A stretch of DNA of 64,000 bases from Octopus vulgaris (GCA_951406725.2 OX597816.1:104718001-104782000), one strand, 5' to 3'; shown: positions 1 to 12,794, numbered from the stretch's first letter. Made by a program: numbers and translations. Notes: generated by a model from the letters alone, not told the origin.

Positions 1-245
1 CATTTTCTAGTTTCTTGTCTGTTTGAATAGGAAAGTCACACAGAATCTATCAATTCTCTGACTCAGCACTCTTTCGACTCGATGTTCATACCTTGTGTCT
101 CCAAATTCATATCCCCATTTCGGGCAAAGCTTCCGGGGTAAAATTTTTACTACTTGGTCCTGCATCTTATACACATCCTGCAACTATATGTGCCACTGTC
201 TCGTCCCAATTTCTACAGATTCAACATTTTTCTGACATTCTTCCC
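1..245 (-). pseudogene. R4/Dong-clade non-LTR retrotransposon fragment (CCHC knuckle and start of the restriction-like endonuclease)
   Basis: The minus strand reads ...CRNWDETVAHIVAGC...KLCPKWGYEFGDTRYEHRVERVL...CDFPIQTDKKLEN across frameshifts. It is homologous to the + strand copy at 62.6-62.85 kb and abuts a (TTA)n tract. Confidence 0.75.
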
Positions 246-267
246 ATATCAAGATAAACAGCGCACT

Positions 268-280
268 ATTATTATTATTA

Positions 281-312
<32 letters not shown>

Positions 313-760
313 GAGTGAAATAGTAGCATGCCATCAAAGTGTCACTAGGATAAAAATATACGTCCAGTATACTCATCATGACTACCCGTCTGATAAGTGT
401 ACATCAGACACAGGCATCAAATGGTGATCTCATATCAAAATAAACAGCGCATGATCTTGCAGGTAGGGCCCAGTTAGAATTTTCTTCAGGTCGAGTATCC
501 CATCCCGCCCAAAAGATCCCTGAATAAGGATTGCTTATAGGATGTTGAACGAAACACCCACGTTTCCAAAGGTGAATTATTCAAACCCCAAAGAATTTCT
601 CTCAACACATGGCTATGATTCTCCTCCACTACTTCTGCTCGTGATCAGAGATGCACATATCGTCAGCCACAAAGGGACATGCTCAACTGGTTATGGTCAA
701 ATAATAGACAAGCAAATCTATGGTATTGAGCAGAATATTTACTGTAGCCCATTATTATTT
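268..760 (-). mobile_element. Non-coding retroelement 3' region with (AAT)n tail; same family as 63340-63576
   Basis: The reverse complement (TACTCGACCTGAAGAAAATTCTAACTGGGCCC...TCATGCGCTGTTTAT...CACTTTGATGGCATGC...CAATAATAAT) aligns with 63359-63576. Confidence 0.65.
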
Positions 761-814
761 TAACTGTTGTTGTTGCTGTTGTTGTGGTTGTTGTTCTTAT
801 GACAGCATTTTACG

Positions 815-955
815 ATGAAGTTTCAAATCCTGCGGTGTCAACTTTGCCTTTCATTCTTTCGGGGGTGATAAAATAACATACATGACATGTGCTGGGGTCC
901 AGGTTATCCACTAATTCCCATCAGCTCAAAACAGTTGAACTAGTACCGAAAGTAG
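815..955 (+). mobile_element. Degenerate SINE with Meta-type core
   Basis: TTCAAATCCTGC...GTCAACTTTGCCTTTCATTCTTTCGGGGGTGATAAAATAA matches the copies at 23.4 and 42.3 kb. Confidence 0.65.
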
Positions 956-1343
956 TAGTAGTAGTAGTAGTAGTAACATATTTGCCTGCTTTACGTCATT
1001 TTCCAACGACAAACAAAAAATATCCTGCATCAGTTCCTAAAACAAAGTATAATGTGACACAGTAACACCCAAGTGAAATTAATATGTGTCTGTAGATGTA
1101 TATGTAAATACATAAGTGTGTGTGAGTGTCTGTATGTGTGTGTGTAATTTAAATAAGTAACAATAGTATGTTAACTTAAGCATTATCTATTTTACTCTAG
1201 TGTAGTTTTTTGCACGAATCCGCTACAGGTGCACGACATCATAGCAAGGTTGTATGTAATTAACATACATCAAACAGTAACTGATTGTACAGCGATTTCT
1301 ATCTAATAGAAAAAATGCAAACAGCTTTTTTCAGTAGTTTTCA

Positions 1344-1485
<142 letters not shown>

Positions 1486-4057
1486 GTATTTTATACTTTC
1501 TAGCACTTTCTATTCATTCTCACATTGTTTTTATATTGTGCTCTTTATTATATATTTATGAACAGATTACATGAATACATAAATCTTTCTGCATATTTAC
1601 GTATCAATATTCATTCCCGTACGTGTGTGTCTGTGGCAGTGTGCAAGTATATGTTCATATCTGCATAGATATCTGTAAATATATATACACACATATATAT
1701 ATATATATATAAGTGTATATATTTATATAAACATATATATATATAAATCATATATAGGGGTGTTCATACGTGTGTGTGTATGTCTGTGTGTGCGTGTGTG
1801 TGTACATACATATGAATACCCATGCATATTCATTAACATATGAACACGTATACATACCTCTGCTATGTGTCTTTAATCACTATAAACGAGATGTATAATA
1901 ATAACCAAAAGTAAAATGAAAACTAAAAGCTACGTTATTTTTATTTCACATTATCCATTTTCTTATTTATGTATGCGTATTTCGTCTACTTCCTGTTTAT
2001 CTCTGCATCACACTATCTCCTACTCACCCGTGATCTCCCCATTCTCCCCGTCTACGTATAACATGTAGAATGGGTTTAAAAATATATATGCGCATATGTA
2101 TCTATGTGTAAGTGTCGAAGTTACGAGGCTTATGAGTTATGATATTGGTATGTAGTCATATGTTCGTGGGTTCAAATCATAGACTCGGGAGTACGTTTTG
2201 CCCTTTAGTCAAATCGCTTGATTTCTCCACTTTATTCAGCTATAAACGGATACCGCCTTAGAGGTGGTGCAGATTGTCTCCTTCTAACATTCACATTTCT
2301 GTTGTGCCATTGGATCAGAGGTCAGGGATGGATGTTTATATCTTTGTTACTACACGAGCACCTAAAACAAGTATGTATGTGTGTGTGTATGTGTGTGTGT
2401 GTGTGTGGCATTCCGTCTGTGTATATATGCATGTATATATATACATGCATACATATATACATGCATATATATGTATGCATGTATATATATATATATATAT
2501 ATATATCATATCATATATATCTCCTGAATCCTTCAGTACACATAAGGGTAACTATATCTACAGATAATGATACACCAACAACACTGACGTCACCGATGAA
2601 TGTCCGTGTTGTGACCTCATTATTCATGTAGCCATATTTATGTGGGTTCAGCCATTATCACACCTACCAAGCAGTAATTGTTTTCTTTTACAAGTTGTTG
2701 AGGATTAATTTTTGGTGTAAGTCACGATATGTGACTGTCATATCTATGATGCTCACTTGTGCAGTTTACAAATCACTGCTTATGTGTCCTTCTATTATCC
2801 ACCAAATAGAACTGGGACCATTTAATTTCAAACTGATATCTCCCGTCCAAGAATTACGAGCTAATATATTCTTGCCTCATACGATTCCTTCAGTGATTCA
2901 CATTTAAATCGGATTTTTTTATCCATGTACGAACTCTATTTTGTGTTCCCAGTGCACGTTAACATAAATATTTTTTACTTTGGTTTTCAAACACGAAAGT
3001 CTCCTTCAAATCTACCTGTGCACATTCCAGCCATCACCATTTTGCAGTTTTCTAGTTTCCAACTTTTCTATGTTTCCGCTCCTGTGTTTTCATTTCCTAC
3101 CCTCCTTATGCAAAACTGGGGACGTATTTTGGTGATATTTTACATTATATTGACACTTGCTATTCTGTTCTTGTGCATTTGAGTCAAAGCGCAGAGAGCC
3201 AAAACAAATGACCTTCCGTTGTTGTACATGCGTGTGTTTGTAAAAATATATATGTGTGTGTGTGTGCTTTCATACCTGTGTTTGTGCGTCTGTATGTATG
3301 CATATATGTGTATGCGTGTTTATGCATGTGTTTGTGCATGATCTCTTAATGATTGATATTCGTATTCAGGATAGGTCATGACAGCTAGTATATTTATCAC
3401 ACTCATCAGTTGGACAAATGCTTGAATATATTTGTTAATCGTAGAAAACTTTCGAACGAAATACAATGAATTGACATGGGCTTTATTTTAAATATCTCTG
3501 ATTAAATTAGCATAATTCGCTGATTTACATTCATTTGTAGTTTGAATTTGTCTTTAACTTGTTTTTTTATGTTACTAATGTCGATGTCGTTTACAATTAT
3601 TCTTTGTTTTGTTTTGTTTTTATGTAGTCAAGTTGTATTTTATGTACATTCTCTCACTGTAAACTTAGATCTCGTTCATGATGTTTTACGATACAATGAC
3701 AGCATGTGGATTGTTGTATTAACCCAATCACATGTAATTAGAGCTTTCGCCAATATATCATCAATAAATCTAGTCAGTTCGACGAAAGAAACCACTGGAG
3801 AAAGTTCCTATCCAACTAAACATAATATTAATATGTAGTTACCAAAGAAGTTGTAGATATTTTGGACTAAACTGTGGTACAGTATAGCTTCTTCCTTGTA
3901 ATCATGTGCTCAAATCCTAAATATGTTAGCTTTGCTATTCAAATACATGGGGCCGATAAATCTTTTTCCATATGCCTATATTTTCTTTAACTATCCTACA
4001 CTCCTGTCAAAGTTAGCAAAGGAAGCGAACTTATTTAAATTCGGTACTGAATATACA

Positions 4058-4321
4058 GTGGAGGCGCGTGGCTTAGTGGTTAGGGTGTCATCATCATGGT
4101 CGTAAAATTGTGGTTTCGATTCCTGGACCGAGCGACGCGTTGTGCTCCTGGGCAAAATATTTCATTTCACGTTGCTCCAGTCCACTCAGCTGGCAAAAAT
4201 GAGTAAGGTTGCGATGGACTGGCGTCCCGTCCAATTGGGGAGCATATACGCCATAGAAACTGGGAAACCGGGCCCATGAGACTGGCTAGGCTTTAAAAAG
4301 GGCGCATTTATTTATTTTATT
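4058..4321 (+). mobile_element. Full-length tRNA-derived SINE
   Basis: A box TGGCTTAGTGG, B box GGTTTCGATTCC, central GCGATGGACTGGCGTCCCGTCCA and a (TTTA)n tail. Degenerate TSD TACTGAATATACA (4045-4057) / TACTCAATATATA (4322-4334). Confidence 0.85.
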
Positions 4322-5234
4322 TACTCAATATATAAGTTATAATAGCCATAGGTTATACCAAAAGAGTCAACGAGGAAATCTATTCATGGTTGATTGATTT
4401 GTTCGAAATAGCAGCCAAATCATTTTAAAAGACATTTGGATTATGTGAAACTGAACATACTACATCTAAGGAAAAGAAAAGAATGGAGGATAACTTGAGC
4501 AACATCTTTGACTAGAACCTACAGCGATCAATGAAACCTAGCTTGAAATAACAACTACAACAACAAACTAAATAATATAAATACACAACTTTTTATTTTT
4601 TTTCTTTCTGTTTCCAACTTCTATGTCCACATTAACTGCAAAGATTGGCGAATACAGCATTAAATCAATGAATTATCCCTATCTAGTTTTTTGATTTACT
4701 AGATGATGTAGTCCTTTTACTGAATGCTCTCCCCAATTTGTAAATATGTCTCTGTAAAGAAGGGTTTTACACAAATAGTTTAGACATACAACTTCCCATA
4801 ACATATGAATTTATCCCATCTGCAATCTTTATGGAAAAAACGGCAGACCGGCAGAGTAGTTCGGTCATCTGTAAAAATCCAGTATGTATTTGCGGTCCTT
4901 TATGTTCTGAGTCCAGATCACAACAAGGTGTAATTTACCTTGCTAGTCAGTTAACGGGATAAAGTACTAGTTAAGCATTCGCTTAGGTTGTATTACTATG
5001 ATGCGTCATAGATATTAATAAAATTACAAACGAAGACAAATAACATCTAAATATTTTGACTTCAATCTTGATTTTAACTGCTCCTGAGATGCTGGACTGG
5101 CAACTCGCGAATATTTTTGTTTTCGCAGGGGTTTATAAGCTTCCAGTCTTTTCGGGAAATTTCTGGAAGTAATAGAAAATTATTTCTTATAACGAATTTT
5201 GTACTAATATTTCTGTTTTAGTACATGCATTATG

Positions 5235-5310
5235 TCAACGTTCCTCAAAACTTTTTGCCTCTGAGCGGTTTCATGCAAGATAATTTTTCTATGAACAGGG
5301 GGGGGTCACT
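5235..5310 (+). mobile_element. Possible hAT-Charlie (MER1-like) terminal fragment
   Basis: AACTTTTTG...CGGTTTCATGCAAGATAATTTTTCTATGAACAGGGGG resembles a Charlie-type MITE end; short and degraded. Confidence 0.35.
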
Positions 5311-5356
5311 AGCATAACTGAACACAGTAAAGTGCGAAATATGATAAGTATATATT

Positions 5357-5395
<39 letters not shown>

Positions 5396-8300
5396 ATATA
5401 TATGCATTAATACACAGATATTATGAGTGCTCAATTGGTACTTAATTATAAATAATCTTTATTTGTGAGCAAACCAGGCTTCCAATGGGTTCATGTTAAG
5501 AAAGCTATGTGTCACTTAATTATCAAACCTGTTAACAGATATATCTTTCTCAACATGAAACCAATGGTAGCTTGGTTTTATATATATATATATATACATA
5601 TATATACTCTCTGTATATTCCAAAAGAAAGACTTCGCATGAAACATCGCAACATCGGTCTTCCTTCCATAGAAGGTACCTTCTAAATCTATGAAGTAATA
5701 TTCTTTTGTGAGCGCAGTCTTACACTCCTCTCTTCAAACAATTGTTGTTGTTTTCCCTTTCAATCTTTATGTATATTGATAAATTTGTTGTCAAGCGAAA
5801 TATTGATTTCCTGAGAAACTAGATCCCATCAGATTTGTGAGTATGGCATATTTAATTCATCTCTCCGTTTAACATCAACAGACACTTCGGAGCCTTAAGC
5901 GAAGTCTACTCTCAGGACAACCTCTTTCCACTAGATTTACACGTTATTAAAAATACCATACGTATTACACTTCCGCCTCTGAGTAAATCATACAAAACAG
6001 CATACCAGATGCATTCCTAAAACATTACTTAAAGAAGTAATTTACATGAAATGCCTTCCGCTATAAATCGCGACAAAAAATTATGATGTCATTGTCCAGA
6101 AACTTTCATTCAAAACAAGGAAGGAAAATTAAATATGAAAATTATTTTCATATATCAAATATTTATTTTCAATTCACAATTGTTATGACGCTGATGTTAC
6201 TTTTGGCCCTGAAGATATTTCTTGATTAGAAGTGAAAACAATTGGCTTCATACCACTAAGTCTATTATATCAATGCAATCGATTTTCGGGATTAAAGGGA
6301 AAGAATACTAAACCTCAACTTAACATTCTACTCTTCATACCAAATTGTTACCTCGAAAACTAGATAAATATTTAATGTGAAAAACGAATCTGACGGAGTA
6401 ATCTCTTTTAAGCTTCAACAAGTACTGAACCAGTGGATTCAGCGAAAATTCTATAGGCAGACACGCGCGTGTAAATGTTATGTGTGAGTGCATGTGTGCA
6501 TGTGTACGTGTGTGTGTATGTGTTTATACACACATATATATATTCGTATACATATATGTATATGCATATACGTATGCATATATACATCCATACTTACGCA
6601 TGTATACGTATACACACATACATACGTACATACATACATACATACATACATATATACATACATACATACATACATACATACATACATACATACATACATA
6701 CATACATACATACGTATGCATGTTTCCTGTCTTCGTCTATTTTCAATCATAGATATATGTTTCCTGTTAATAATAGATGCTGTTACAACGATACATGCTA
6801 AAATACAATTCAGGTTCACCGTTACGTGCAGTTTCTACCGATCTCAATTTTGTTTTGTAAAAGAGACATCATTTCGAAAAAAGATTTAATTTGTATGATA
6901 TTTTCAAAATATCTAATCGCTAAAGAAAGTATTCGACAATCTACCATTTTAAGTTATTCAGATTCATCTGATAGCTTACATACGCAAGTAAATCTTTGCC
7001 AAACGTAAATAAAAATAAAGCTGAGCTGGCTTTAAACGATGTAGGTAATCTTTTTTATTTACTCTTTATTAATTTTCTAATGCATACATTTTCATTCCTT
7101 TTTTCCGCGCTTCCTCTATCTTGTATTTTGATTTCTCTCTTCTCTACCTCTACTCCGTTATTTCTTTCTTTGCCTCTCAATTTATTCTTTGTTTCAATTA
7201 TTTGCTCTTGTCTGTGGGTGAGTGTGTTTATCGTTTTCCTTCCTGTCTTTATTTCGTTTTCTTCTCCTCTCTTTTTATTCTTCTCTCTCTTTTTTATTCA
7301 TATATTTCACTTTTCTTAGTATTCTTTCTAATTTTATTTTTTATTTATTCTCTGATCTTTAAAATTCTCCTTTTAGTTGCTTTCATGGGTTCCATTCGAA
7401 AAGAGTCCACTAGCTCATATCAGATTTAATTCCTACTCAAAACTCAGCATTTAAATTTTCTCCTAAAATACTCGATATTCTCTTTCTAAGACTTGGTTCC
7501 AACGCAAATGAAGTTGAAATGTTTAGTATCTTAGAGACAATATAGTTGAGCAAAGATGAATTTCACTCAGTAGTACACATCAGCTAGAGATATTTGGACA
7601 AGAGATTTAATTCAGTCTGTTTAATTCGCAAAGGCAATGGATATCAAGGTTTTGCTGAAGAGGTTAAATTGAGACCTGGGTGGTAATTTCTTAACAGAAC
7701 AAAATAAAACGATTTGAATATAAAGTAGAAATATATATAGATATAAGCAACAGCAATTACGTTTAACTTCCTTAGAAAAGTAAAATATAGTAACGGATAT
7801 GGTATGCGACTAATTTCTCTTGTGTATGAGTTTACTTTCGCTAAGCATGTTTGGTTGTATTTCTGCGTAAGGCACAAATATATGGTGAGGTAATTATGTG
7901 TTTCTCGGTTCTTTCCCCCTGCGCTGCACTATGAGGAAGTACCCTCTGCTTTCGCAACGGGATGACAAATACTTAGAGAATCAAATTTAATAGACGGAAA
8001 CAGAAATGTGTGAAAGATCGTTGTATGTGTCCTCGTGTGTGTGAAAGTCTGTATGGATGTCTGTCCTTCTGACTACATATTTCCAATGTTGAATGACTCA
8101 GGAAAAAATTATCTATCGTTGTGAACACCGGACGTGCGCACGCTCTACCCGTGTATACACGTGAACCCCAAAATACGCTGTGTTGTCACTAGAGTGAATG
8201 AAAATTAGTAAAACAGTGATTATCCGTTCAAATCCTAGAATGAAAGACGATGATTTTCTGTTATAAAATATTGTAAAAATACATTTATATCTGAAGTACT

Positions 8301-8833
8301 TATCATTTTTTAAAGTAGAGATCATTATAGCTGATCTTGCATTCCTTTTTTTTTTTTTTATTTTTTTGAAAATTCCATTTAAGAAAGAATAAATGACTCC
8401 AGATAAAGCACTACATTTGCTACACATTACCAAAGACATTCAACTTCCCGATAGATTTCTCAATGGCTTAATCATATATAAAAATTACATGACATATGTA
8501 CAGCGAAAAAGGTAAAAGGATCTGCGTAAAAGGATTTCTTCAAAGCAAGCAACGATGTAGATATGTCTATAAGAATTACTACAGCATATTTTATTCATTT
8601 ATTGTTACTCGTATAGTAAGGCGACGCACTGGCAGAATGAAGCGATATTTCTTCCTGCTCTAAGTTCAAATTCCGCTGAGGGTAGTTTTCTTTCATCCTT
8701 TCGAAATCAAAAAGAAAAATTAGCCGTAAAGTTCTGCGTGGAAGTAATCAAGTCCCCTTTCCTTCCAAAAGAGCTAGTCGAGTGCAAAATTTAAATAGAT
8801 TTACTATTGCAATGGTTTATCTTATACTTCTTT

Positions 8834-8995
8834 CAGACATTTGGTTGCAATATGCTGGGGCACCTCTTTGAAGGGTTTTAGTCCAAACAAATCGACACCA
8901 GGACTCACTTTACAACCTAGTACTTATCCTGTCGGTGTGTTTTGCTGAAACGCTAAGTTACAGGCGGGTAAAAACACCAAAACTGGTTGTCAAAA
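8834..8995 (-). mobile_element. 3' part of the abundant Octopus-type SINE (family of 16405-16822)
   Basis: The reverse complement contains TTGACAACC...TAACTTAGCG...ATAAGTACTAGG...AGTCCTGG...GTCGATTTG...GTGCCCCAGCAT. Confidence 0.7.
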
Positions 8996-9059
8996 GGGGG
9001 GACAGATGCAGATACAATGTCATACATACATAAATCTAATCTTCCTTTGCAGTGTCATG

Positions 9060-9680
9060 AAGCTGTTATTAGGAATTTTCCTAAGAATTCTAGGTATTAC
9101 TCTATTATCAACTCACACACGGTTAGGATTGGTTTTTCCAACACAAAAAATTTCTTACAAATTATCTCCTTACATAATATTAGCTTGTTAAATAGGGATA
9201 CATTTACTAATACTAACATTAATTTAGCTAATACTATCCATCCCACTAGAAATATTAATAACAAGGTTAGTGTATCTGAAGTCAATTACAATAGAGTTTA
9301 TTTCAAGTAACTCTAAAATTAAAAATTTTATATTCCAGTGTAAAATTACTTCTGGTAATGAAGTATGTTTTTATATAGGCAGCTCATCTTCTCAGCTATC
9401 TAAAATAATTTCTAATCAGTACTCTAGGGATAGGAATAAACGTAACAGTACAAGGCTTAGTAAATTAATTTGACATCTAAAAGACCTCAGTAAACAATTA
9501 ATTTTAGACTGGTTGATTCTCTCAATTTCGATACCTTATGATAAAAGCAAGGAATTCTGTATTCGCTGTAATTCTGAACAATTTTTAAATTCTTTTTTCT
9601 AAAAATCCCCTTGTAAATACGGTGATAGAGCGTGCATACCGATGTAAACATTGGCAGAAACACACCTTTAGTTTATTCAT
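9060..9680 (+). pseudogene. Penelope-like element ORF remnant (RT thumb/linker plus GIY-YIG endonuclease)
   Basis: RNFPKNSRYYSIINSHTVRIGFSNTKNFLQIISLHN resembles the Penelope linker. It is followed by NFIFQCKIT...FYIGSS...RNKRNSTRLSKLI*HLK...DWLILS...PYDKSKEFCIRCNSEQF...RCKHWQKH (GIY-YIG region and C-terminal Cys/His motifs), with stops and frameshifts. Confidence 0.8.
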
Positions 9681-9781
9681 ATGTATTACATACATATGAA
9701 TATAGACGCGCTTGCACACACGCTTTTTTATGTAAACACGCACACATCCATTATTATATATATTAGTTATACACACACCTG

Positions 9782-9813
<32 letters not shown>

Positions 9814-10050
9814 TATACACATATATATATACATATACATATCATATATGTTTATATATATACGCACATCAAATACATATGTAGAGATATATATGTATAT
9901 AATGTTATGTATATATGTATTTTGCATATGTGCAGTATTTATAGCAGGAAATAGTATAAACAAAATTTACCAGAACAATTATTTTATATATATATATTTA
10001 TATCTGTTAGAATCATATTACATATATATGTATATGTGTATGTATGTATG

Positions 10051-10102
<52 letters not shown>

Positions 10103-10169
10103 TATATTATATTATATTATATTATATTATATTATATTATATTATATTATATCATAATGTAATTTGAAA

Positions 10170-10500
10170 TGAATAGTTATTGCAATGTTGAAACTTCCTT
10201 TTTCACTGATAACAGACCGTCGATTTTATCATTTACCTGGTTTTGCCAGAAGATGTACATTTTAACGGCTATCTTCATTTCTTCTTTGTTCCAATTCCCC
10301 CAAGCAGCAAATGACAGTCTTCACTCTTAATTTGTAGATAACCAGATTTTTTTACAGCTCATTTTGGATCAATTCTTACTTATCAAACAAACACCGGGAG
10401 TTTCTTATAACAGGAGCGATTAGGCATCCAACCCACAGGAAAGCAAACCATTAAGTGTAAAATCTATACAAATTTAGACAAATATGTATCTTGTTAAATC
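10170..10500 (-). pseudogene. Possible degraded Penelope GIY-YIG fragment
   Basis: Minus strand has NLVIYKL..., a CLGE-like second motif and NVH; heavily decayed and located between TA-rich tracts. Confidence 0.35.
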
Positions 10501-10538
10501 TACTGTCAGTAATTTCTGATAAGCATTGCTTCTTCAAT

Positions 10539-10577
<39 letters not shown>

Positions 10578-11073
10578 TTGAGTAGGAAGTCTTCTGCCAA
10601 AGACGCTCTGTATCTTCTATCTAATATCTTTGAAGCAACTTACGTCTAGTTTCAATACAAAATAATCTTTTGATGGTTCTTATACTTTACTATCAGCTGC
10701 AGCTAATGTTGCCAAAAGTCAATTTTAGGTAGAAGTAGTCTGGAAATTGTCCAGTGACCTTTAGTATTTATTAGCCCAATATAAATGGAATCATTGTAAA
10801 GCAACATTATATGAATTATTTACTTGTACTTGATCAAAGGAGGGAAACATAACACGGAGATTTCAGAATCAATTAATAGAATTAGAAAAAAAAAGGTAAA
10901 GACCAACCTTCTTAGTCATACTTTATGCCTGAATAAATCAAAAACATTGTATACTACACAGAAAGAAGAGGCGATCCCAATATAAGAAGATAAAATATAA
11001 TTGTCTAAGTATTACAATCACCTTCGTATATTTCACGTATATTATATACATACATATATGTATACACACACAC

Positions 11074-11143
<70 letters not shown>

Positions 11144-11233
11144 ATATATACTTACATACAAACATATATACATATATTTATTATAAAAATATAAATATAT
11201 GAAAGAATGGAGCTGAACGACGAATTAACAAAA

Positions 11234-11332
11234 TTCCTTTATTTTCGACATATGTTTCGAAGGCTGCATATTCCTAATTGCGAAGGAATAAGGAATACAT
11301 TATGCCGCTTTCTCATCAGGAAAAGCAAGGAA
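11234..11332 (-). ncRNA. Type I hammerhead ribozyme (mirror copy in the left palindrome arm)
   Basis: Exact reverse complement of 11477-11575. Confidence 0.75.
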
Positions 11333-11476
11333 CATATGTCAACATCAAAATGCAAAAAAACTTTTAGATGATTGCTCACACGGAGCCCATAGCTATAATG
11401 AGTGCACTCATTATAGCTATGGGCTCCGTGTGAGCAATCATCTAAAAGTTTTTCTGCATTTTGATGTTGACATATG

Positions 11477-11575
11477 TTCCTTGCTTTTCCTGATGAGAAA
11501 GCGGCATAATGTATTCCTTATTCCTTCGCAATTAGGAATATGCAGCCTTCGAAACATATGTCGAAAATAAAGGAA
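11477..11575 (+). ncRNA. Type I hammerhead ribozyme with minimal stem III (Penelope pLTR type)
   Basis: Stem I TTTTC (11485-89) / GAAAA (11563-67), extended by TTCCTT/AAGGAA. Core CTGATGA at 11490-96. Long stem II GAAAGCGGCATA...TATGCAGCCTTC. GAAA at 11551-54. Stem III C-ATAT-G with a palindromic loop. GUC cleavage triplet ends at 11562. Confidence 0.78.
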
Positions 11576-11786
11576 TTTTGTTAATTCGTCGTTCAGCTCC
11601 ATTCTTTCATATACTTATATTTTAAAAATAAACATGCAAATTTCCACACGAAAGCACATAGTCTATGACCTAGGCACGTAACTTCAACCGTGTTTTTTCT
11701 GATGTGAATTTTCTACCCAGGTATCGGTTAATTAGAATTATCCTTAATAAGATAATTCATTCAACTACTCATATATTTATTATATG

Positions 11787-11963
11787 TATATATATATATA
11801 TAACAAAATTATAAAAATTATAAAATTCGAGGAAAAACCTTACGTTGAATAAAATACATATTGACCTTAATGAAGGAAATATTAAGGTCAATATGTATTT
11901 CATTCAATGTAAGGTTTTTCCTCGAATTTTATAAGTTTTATAATTTTGTTATATATATATATA
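11787..11963. repeat. Inverted repeat with arms of about 70 bp and a 9-nt spacer, embedded in (TA)n
   Basis: 11802-11871 (AACAAAATTATAA...CATATTGACCTTAAT) pairs with 11881-11950 with a few mismatches; spacer GAAGGAAAT. Confidence 0.92.
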
Positions 11964-12173
11964 TTTTTTTAGCTCATTTTTGTTTATCGCTCGAAGATTG
12001 ACCGTTATTTCTAAAGGACCAATCAAACAAGTCCATTTCTTAAAGGTGTAGCGTTTGTAATAGTCTGGATAGAATTGACATATCGGTTCCATTCTAGCAA
12101 AAACTGTCCGATGAACGGCAACGGGTAACTCAGAGTAACAGGTTTTGTTGAATTTTCTGCTGCTTTAAATAAA

Positions 12174-12222
<49 letters not shown>

Positions 12223-12473
12223 TATATATGTACATGTGTATATATATATGTACATGTATATAGTGTGCAGAAGCGAGCTGCTATCATCTCTAGTACACGA
12301 AGTGTCCAGTGCTGAGGAGTGGCAGATATAGCCCGTCGCTAGGAGATGGTAGGAGTTCGCTTCCCTGCTCGTAATCATATCGGATGCAGTTAAAAACGGA
12401 CAGCCATGTTAAAGTGGCTACGAATATTACTTGTCAGTACAATTACTGCGTTGATCTCTAAGAGAGATTTTAG

Positions 12474-12504
<31 letters not shown>

Positions 12505-12508
<4 letters not shown>

Positions 12509-12794
12509 CGTCTACTGTGACCGACCAGGCTTTCAGATGTTACTACACATCGCTGATCACAATGCATTGTTTTAGCCTTCAAATGACGCCACCCCGCGGG
12601 CTAAGCGAGCAGGGAAACAGAAGAAAGAGTGAGTGAAAGTTGTGGCGAAAGAGTACGGCAGGGATCGCCGGAGCCTCGTGGAGCTTTAGGTGTTTTCGCT
12701 CAATAAACACTCAGAAAGCCCGGTCTGTGAATCGAAACCGCGATCCTACGACCGCGAGTCCGCTGCTCTAACCACTGGACCATTGCGCCTCCAC
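12505..12794 (-). mobile_element. tRNA-derived SINE (second family)
   Basis: Minus strand begins GTGGAGGCGCAATGGTCCAGTGGTTAGAGCAGCGG...GGTTTCGATTC (A and B boxes); the body is shared with 20552-20760. Confidence 0.85.

Larger units (their letters stand above)
11177..11632. repeat. Zero-spacer palindrome with arms of about 228 bp, centred at 11404/11405 (AGTG|CACT)
   Basis: 11196-11404 is the reverse complement of 11405-11613 with one mismatch (TGCAAAAAAAC vs GTTTTTCTGCA). Three more mismatches lie in the outer AT-rich 19 bp. Confidence 0.97.

Noticed and set aside
4058-4130. tRNA-like sequences (also 12720-12794, 16405-16475, 48459-48530)
   Set aside because: Each continues into a SINE body and tail and lacks a clean cloverleaf; they are SINE heads, not tRNA genes.
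5112-5176. Possible 40-nt micro-exon (TTTTGTTTTCGCAG...GTAATA)
   Set aside because: Splice-like signals only, with no recognisable peptide or partner exons; RNA-seq would be needed.
12310-12335. CTGAGGA as a hammerhead core
   Set aside because: There is no stem II-GAAA-UH arrangement downstream.
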